From an uncultured Candidatus Saccharibacteria bacterium (lineage in GTDB: Bacteria; Patescibacteriota; Minisyncoccia; Phycocordibacterales; UBA9973): a DNA stretch of 64,000 nucleotides. Where the stretch lies: the NCBI GenBank assembly GCA_964474435.1, contig CAYYSI010000001.1:126647-190646 (forward strand), read 5' to 3'. Numbering within the stretch: the first letter of the stretch is position 1; each line of letters starts with the position of its first letter. Below are positions 58,551 through 64,000 of this stretch, one piece after another. The notes beneath the pieces were generated by a model. The model worked only from the letters and a program-made list of their open reading frames with translations. It did not search any database and was not told the DNA's origin. Made by a program: the position numbers and the translations under genes.

Positions 58551-60017
58551 ATGTCAAAAGGTGAAGCCATAGTGCGCTTTGACGGCGTATCATTTGAATA
58601 TAGCTCAACGAAACCCATCTTGGATGAGGTGGATTTTTCGATCCGCAAAGGCGCCAAAATGACACTCATGGGACAAAATGGCGCCGGCAAAAGTACGATC
58701 TTTAAGCTCCTCACAGGTGAGTACAAGCCCGAGAGCGGCACGATCAATATCGTCAAAGGCGTATCTATCGCAACTGCTCGCCAAGTCATCCCTCGTGACG
58801 AAATGGATCTCACCGTGCGAGAATTCTTTGCAAAGATGTTTACAGAAAAAGTATATGACATCGATCCTCGTATTGACGAAGCGCTCGAAGTCGTGAACCT
58901 TGTGGGACACAAGGACGTGCATGATCGCGTGATCAAGACATTCTCTGGTGGCCAACAGGCGCGACTGTTGCTTGCTTCTGCATTGATCCAAGACCCCGAT
59001 CTACTCCTCCTCGATGAGCCGACCAACAACCTCGACAAGGCAGGTATTTCGCACCTCACCGACTTCTTGGTCAACTACAAAAAGACTGTGATTGTTATTT
59101 CCCATGATGCAGAATTCTTGAATTCATTTACGGAAAGCGTCATCTACCTCGATGTGTATAGTCGCAAGATCGAATACTACGTCGGCAACTACACGGACGT
59201 TGTGCGCGATATCTCGATTCGTATTGAAAAGGAAAATATGAAAAATGCGCAGTTGCAAAAGACAATCCAAGAAAAGAAAGATAAGGCAAACCAGTTTGGA
59301 CACAAAGGTGGACAGATGCGTCTCGTCGCAAAACGCATGCGTATGATCGCGGAAGAGCTCGAGGATGAGATCGTCGACATCCGCAAAGAAGACAAGACGA
59401 TTCGCAATTTCACCATTCCTGTCCAAGAAGATATCATGGGTGAGATCATCAACATCTCTGAGTTCACAACAATGCGCGATCACAAAATCGTCGCACGCAA
59501 GGCAAGTATCTCGCTCAAGAAAAATCAGCACTTGCTTCTCCGTGGTCCCAACGGCATCGGCAAGAGCACGCTCCTTGAAACACTTGCTCGTGGCACCTCT
59601 GACGGCGCAAAGATCAAAGAGGGAGTCAGGGTTGGATATTACCGACAAGATTTCTCGACACTCAACTTCGACCATACAGTGTATGAGTCCCTTGTGCAGA
59701 GTATGCATGATGCTGGCAAAAAACTTGATGAAGAACGCATGCGAGCCGTTGCCGCCAACTTCCTGGTCACCAGTGAAATGATCCGCACCAAGATCGGCAG
59801 CCTCTCAGAAGGACAGAAGGGGCTTGTGGCATTTGCCAACCTCGTCCTCCTCGAACCAGGACTCCTCATCCTCGACGAGCCAACCAACCACATCAACTTC
59901 CGCCATCTCCCAATCATTGCTAAGGCACTTTCGGGCTATACCGGCGCCATGATCCTCGTCTCGCACGTACCAGAATTCGTTGCACAGATACGAATCGACG
60001 AAATACTCGATCTCTAA
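58551..60017 (+). CDS. ABC-F family ATPase
   Basis: Two ABC domains (GQNGAGKS/DEPTNN; GPNGIGKS/DEPTNH); no TM segments. Confidence 0.92.
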   Translation: MSKGEAIVRFDGVSFEYSSTKPILDEVDFSIRKGAKMTLMGQNGAGKSTIFKLLTGEYKPESGTINIVKGVSIATARQVIPRDEMDLTVREFFAKMFTEKVYDIDPRIDEALEVVNLVGHKDVHDRVIKTFSGGQQARLLLASALIQDPDLLLLDEPTNNLDKAGISHLTDFLVNYKKTVIVISHDAEFLNSFTESVIYLDVYSRKIEYYVGNYTDVVRDISIRIEKENMKNAQLQKTIQEKKDKANQFGHKGGQMRLVAKRMRMIAEELEDEIVDIRKEDKTIRNFTIPVQEDIMGEIINISEFTTMRDHKIVARKASISLKKNQHLLLRGPNGIGKSTLLETLARGTSDGAKIKEGVRVGYYRQDFSTLNFDHTVYESLVQSMHDAGKKLDEERMRAVAANFLVTSEMIRTKIGSLSEGQKGLVAFANLVLLEPGLLILDEPTNHINFRHLPIIAKALSGYTGAMILVSHVPEFVAQIRIDEILDL

Positions 60018-60037
60018 TCTCGGTGTATACTTACAGT

Positions 60038-60688
60038 ATGAAAAGAAGCACAAAAGTCGTTGTATTTATTATTATCTTAACGCTCATTGCGTTTGGTATC
60101 AATGCAGCTAAAAAGGCACATGAAAATGCACAAACAAACACTATTACTACAGATATACCCAATCCTTTGAAATTGTTTAATACATTTAATGGGGTGACAT
60201 TTGATAAAAAACCTTTCATATTTAATTATCCAGCTGAAGGATCATTTAATACAACAGGTTGGGATATAGCTCCCTGGAGAGTAGGGGGACAAACAACTGA
60301 TGGTGGAGGACTAGCCGCTATTGCAATTCCCGCCTCAATACAACCAAATACAAATTTTAGAGGTGCAATATTTATGCTAGGTGCAGGGAGTACTAGTAAC
60401 GCAGTTAAAGACTGTCTGATTGCAACAAATGGAGAAATAGAGGTAGGCAATCTGACAATTAACGGTGTAGTGTATAAAAAATTTACTCTGAGTAATGCTG
60501 GCGCAGGGAACTTTTATGAAACAACGAGCTATCGAACTGTTCGCGACAACAGTTGTTACGCAGTCGAATACACTATCCATACAACCAACATTGCGAATTA
60601 CAGCCCAGATCAAGGCATCAAAGAATACGACAAAGCTTCTGTAACAAAAATTCTTGAAGATATGGTTCAGAGCTTCAAATTCATCTAA
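60038..60688 (+). CDS. Membrane-anchored/secreted PsbP-like hypothetical protein
   Basis: N-terminal TM; F.FNYP and C-terminal MVQSFKF. Confidence 0.65.
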   Translation: MKRSTKVVVFIIILTLIAFGINAAKKAHENAQTNTITTDIPNPLKLFNTFNGVTFDKKPFIFNYPAEGSFNTTGWDIAPWRVGGQTTDGGGLAAIAIPASIQPNTNFRGAIFMLGAGSTSNAVKDCLIATNGEIEVGNLTINGVVYKKFTLSNAGAGNFYETTSYRTVRDNSCYAVEYTIHTTNIANYSPDQGIKEYDKASVTKILEDMVQSFKFI

Positions 60689-61191
60689 TGAAAACTGTTA
60701 CGGTCAATGACATTATGCAAAAAGGGTATACCTATACTCTGACTGAACCGGTTGGCAAAAATTTTGATCCCGAATTTAAACCAAGCTTGAGTCCAAAAGA
60801 AATGCTGCACCTGGGTGTCTTTGGTGGCAAATACATGACAGACTGTCAGGACGAGTTTCCAAAGAGCTGGTTTAAACAATCACTCCTTTCTCCAACCTTT
60901 CATGATCCAGAGATAAATTATTTCAAAGTGAATGCCAGTCAGCCGCTCTCAGTCTGGCAAGCAAAGGGATGGATATACAAAGACGATCCAAGAGGATGGT
61001 TTCAGTGGTATTGTCGATACTACATGGGTCGCCGCATACCTGCCGAAGATAAACGCCAGATCAAACGATGGAAGGCGATACGTCGCCATATTGGCCAAAT
61101 ACAGGCACATTGCAGACCTGGAGATATCAATTGTCGTCCACGACAACGCCAAGCATTACTCCATTGGGCATACGACAGCAGAGCGATCTAA
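60688..61191 (+). CDS. Conserved hypothetical protein (GWFQWYCRY family)
   Basis: GVFGGKY, DPRGWFQWYCRY..GRR and RQRQALLHWA. Confidence 0.8.
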   Translation: MKTVTVNDIMQKGYTYTLTEPVGKNFDPEFKPSLSPKEMLHLGVFGGKYMTDCQDEFPKSWFKQSLLSPTFHDPEINYFKVNASQPLSVWQAKGWIYKDDPRGWFQWYCRYYMGRRIPAEDKRQIKRWKAIRRHIGQIQAHCRPGDINCRPRQRQALLHWAYDSRAI

Positions 61192-61199
61192 TTTTTGAA

Positions 61200-61910
61200 T
61201 TATTTTTTCAGAAGCGCAACGTCGTCAGGTGAGAGCTTTTTCACATTCCCAGGCTTCATGCCATCATATTTCAAATGCCCGATGTGGGTACGAACGAGGG
61301 ATTCGATGGTGAGTTTGCATGCGTCACACATACGACGGATCTGGTGTTTGCGACCTTCAAAAAGGGTGATAGTGAATGACGTACGCGATGCGCGCTTGGT
61401 CACTGCAGGCTTCGTCATAACCTTGTCGAGCATGATGCCTCGTGCCATTTTGAGTATTGCAGCATCACTGACATTTTCGCGAACAGTTACGAGGTATGTC
61501 TTGCCGATATGTGAGTCTTCTTTTGTGAGAGCCTTGGTCAGTGTGCCGTCATTGGACATAAGGATTAATCCTTCAGATTCTTTGTCCAGGCGTCCGATAG
61601 GCGAGAGGTGCTTGAGGTTTTTGAAATGATCATGAAGGTCTTTGGCGGCAGGAGATGTCTTGGTTGTCTCAACACCGCGAGGTTTGTAGACGAGGTAGGA
61701 CTCTTTGTTTTGAGCACCTTTGATTTCGATAACGTCTTTGGTAGGTATCACTCCAAACCCAGCCTCGGTCACAACTTTGCCATTGACTGACACAAGACCC
61801 TTGGCAATAAGTGCCTTGGATTCACGACGAGAGGCGAGCCCACGCTGTGCCATGACCTTTTCAAGGCGCTCGTGACCTTTGGGGAGAGTTGTGGGTTGTT
61901 TGAAGGGCAT
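61200..61910 (-). CDS. Pseudouridine synthase, RsuA/RluB family
   Basis: S4 domain, GRLD..SEGL and EGRKHQIRRM. Confidence 0.93.
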   Translation of the reverse strand: MPFKQPTTLPKGHERLEKVMAQRGLASRRESKALIAKGLVSVNGKVVTEAGFGVIPTKDVIEIKGAQNKESYLVYKPRGVETTKTSPAAKDLHDHFKNLKHLSPIGRLDKESEGLILMSNDGTLTKALTKEDSHIGKTYLVTVRENVSDAAILKMARGIMLDKVMTKPAVTKRASRTSFTITLFEGRKHQIRRMCDACKLTIESLVRTHIGHLKYDGMKPGNVKKLSPDDVALLKK

Positions 61911-61962
61911 GATAGGGCGAGTATAGCATGCAGAGTGCTATAAAAGGGGTATACTAAAGTGT

Positions 61963-62445
61963 ATGAATCCAAACGAACAAGACAACATATTATACTTAAA
62001 GTCAACTGGTAGTACAACGGGCGAAGAGGTGGTAGTATCAGCACGTAACCCCGAGTTATCTATGGAAACACACAACAACAGACCCCTTATCGTCACAATG
62101 ATCATTATTGGTATTATTATCATCATTCTATTGCTGAGCCCTCGCTATGGCTACAACAGAGCCGTGCAGTATGGCTACGGCAATACAAACATGTTTGCTG
62201 CAAGTGCGGTGCCATTTACTAATAACTATACGTACACTACAACACGAACCAATGTTCCAGGAACATACTCAATTGTTCGAACATACCCACAGCCAAAGTC
62301 ATATAGCTATACAAGCTACACAACCCCAACGTATTACTCATATCCCCAAACGACCTACCAACCATACCCGGGAGAAACAGTATTTCCCGATGGATGCACA
62401 ATGACAAGTCCGTACAGCACGACAACTGGCGAACCTTGTTCATAA
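61963..62445 (+). CDS. Single-TM Tyr/Thr-rich surface protein
   Basis: Poly-Ile TM, low-complexity Y/T/P region, C-terminal GC....YSTTTG.PC. Confidence 0.65.
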   Translation: MNPNEQDNILYLKSTGSTTGEEVVVSARNPELSMETHNNRPLIVTMIIIGIIIIILLLSPRYGYNRAVQYGYGNTNMFAASAVPFTNNYTYTTTRTNVPGTYSIVRTYPQPKSYSYTSYTTPTYYSYPQTTYQPYPGETVFPDGCTMTSPYSTTTGEPCS

Positions 62446-62577
62446 ATTATAATTACAAATATTTTATACATAAAAAACGGCATTCGTGTCGTTTTTTATT
62501 TTAAGTATTTTTTAGAAATAATTTAAGTATAGGTACGTATAATTTTGATATACTTTTAATTCAAATAGTTTAGACGT

Positions 62578-63240
62578 ATGAAGGTATTAATTATCGAAAG
62601 TGATGGTGAAGTCGCTGCTTTTTTAAAAAGAGGACTCGCAGCTGAGATGTGTGTTGTTGATATTGCTCGTACTGGTGCACAAGGTATCACCTGTGTTCGC
62701 AATAATATATATGACGTCATCATACTTACGTATTATTTAGGGGACATGACAGGAATGGAAGTATCGACCGCTATCCGAATACATAACCCATCTGTACCGA
62801 TACTCGTGTTAACAACGGAACGCAATATGGATATCAAAGTAGATATGCTTTCTGTCTGCGACGATTATATGACGCGTCCATTTTCGCTCTGTGAGTTGAT
62901 TGCACGACTACGTGCTCTCACGAGACGAGGGTCTATTATGCGTAATGAAATAGTACACCGAGGAGACCTCATGCTTGATTCTCGAAAATACATTGTGACG
63001 CTCAATGGTGAAGAAGTTCGTCTGCGCCACAAAGAATTTGCACTGCTTGAATACTTGATGCATCACCCAGACATCGTCGTCTCTCGAGAAATGATACTGT
63101 CCCATGTATGGGACATGAATGCTGATCCTTTTACCAACACCGTCGACACGCACATCAGACTCCTCCGCAAGAAACTCGAAGACCAAACTCGCACCTTCAT
63201 TCATACCGTTCCAAAGAGGGGATATCGCTTTTCTGCGTGA
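62578..63240 (+). CDS. OmpR/PhoB-family response regulator with atypical receiver
   Basis: REC + wHTH (EF.LL.YL, TN.VD.HI..LR.KL, RGYR); phosphoacceptor position reads T. Confidence 0.9.
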   Translation: MKVLIIESDGEVAAFLKRGLAAEMCVVDIARTGAQGITCVRNNIYDVIILTYYLGDMTGMEVSTAIRIHNPSVPILVLTTERNMDIKVDMLSVCDDYMTRPFSLCELIARLRALTRRGSIMRNEIVHRGDLMLDSRKYIVTLNGEEVRLRHKEFALLEYLMHHPDIVVSREMILSHVWDMNADPFTNTVDTHIRLLRKKLEDQTRTFIHTVPKRGYRFSA

Positions 63241-63294
63241 TTCTTTGAATATTTCAAGGGAAAAGCATATACTTGATGTATCATATAGAGCGTT

Positions 63295-64000
63295 ATGAAA
63301 TCCATTAGATTTTTCCCGACCCTTTCTGCATATAGAGCACATATGTATGAAACAATAGTGCAGACAGAGATATTTAAGTATCACCCTTTTTACAGATCAT
63401 TAATAGATTTTATAATTGACCACCGATCTCCATTATTTTTTGAAGCTTCTGAGGATTTTGAATTTTCACACTTTACTCAGTATTTCAATTTCGTCCTCAT
63501 TCGAGGAAATTATGACAATGATTTTATTAGCGATATGTTCTTTATGCACGACTTTGTGCATATGATCTTCGACAACCCTCTCAATGTACACGGATATACC
63601 TTTGAGTATTTTTGTGAAATTGTAAATAACAATGAGTGGGTGGCCTCAAATGAAACCGAGACTTTGACATATTACCGTATTCCAGAAATGCGAGAAAAAA
63701 GTCTGCCGTACACTATTATGTATGACTTACTAAAACATACAGATAATAAGCAACCAAGTCCTCAGTATCTCCTTAATCTCCGAAAAAAGATCATATTTGA
63801 AAATTCTGATGAGGGTCTTGCTGGACACGAGAATGCTGACAAAGTTTTTTCCTACTTACGAAAATTTAAGGAGAATAATCAATTGTGGTGCAAACTATGG
63901 TATGATAATTTTCCAAAGATATCTAAACCGTATTCAGAAAGACGCCTCTGTCTACCATTGCTCTCATATGAAGAAATACTATTAAATTACAAAACTATAA
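63295..64000 (+). CDS. Hypothetical protein, partial (runs off window)
   Basis: Manual translation MKSIRFFPTLSAYRAHMYE...MHDFVHM; frame appears open to the window end. Confidence 0.65.
   Translation, partial: MKSIRFFPTLSAYRAHMYETIVQTEIFKYHPFYRSLIDFIIDHRSPLFFEASEDFEFSHFTQYFNFVLIRGNYDNDFISDMFFMHDFVHMIFDNPLNVHGYTFEYFCEIVNNNEWVASNETETLTYYRIPEMREKSLPYTIMYDLLKHTDNKQPSPQYLLNLRKKIIFENSDEGLAGHENADKVFSYLRKFKENNQLWCKLWYDNFPKISKPYSERRLCLPLLSYEEILLNYKTI

Overview
Chromosomal segment of a reduced-genome bacterium, most likely Patescibacteria/CPR (Parcubacteria-like). This is inferred from short AlaRS/AspRS/L13, degenerate PriA, a sigma4+HARE-HTH protein, an FtsA-like/baseplate-J-like pair and a PaaX/Cas2-like gene. 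TGA is used as a stop (code 11). The backbone is housekeeping: ftsZ (partial), ftsA, mreB, the infA-rpsI ribosomal cluster, grpE-dnaK-dnaJ, five aminoacyl-tRNA synthetases, dnaB/recR, scpAB-mraY-ftsW-murG and lexA. About 15 AT-rich orphan genes are scattered through it, most with their own sigma70 promoter and terminator. The strongest novel signal is a candidate miniature mobile element present twice, both copies bounded by the terminal inverted repeat TCACGTACAAAAT. One copy (280 bp, 42063-42342) carries only a GIY-YIG nuclease; the other (97 bp, 1630-1726) lacks it. Both sit exactly on the ATG of an operon-internal gene (recR, ftsA), duplicate the start codon, and end in a TGA overlapping the rebuilt host ATG. 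Other leads: a receiver-like/DnaA-domain-IV fusion, apparently widespread leaderless transcription, a LexA operator, an in-frame TGA in a methyltransferase, candidate structured RNAs and unannotated basic microproteins. No rRNA, tRNA or CRISPR array was seen.
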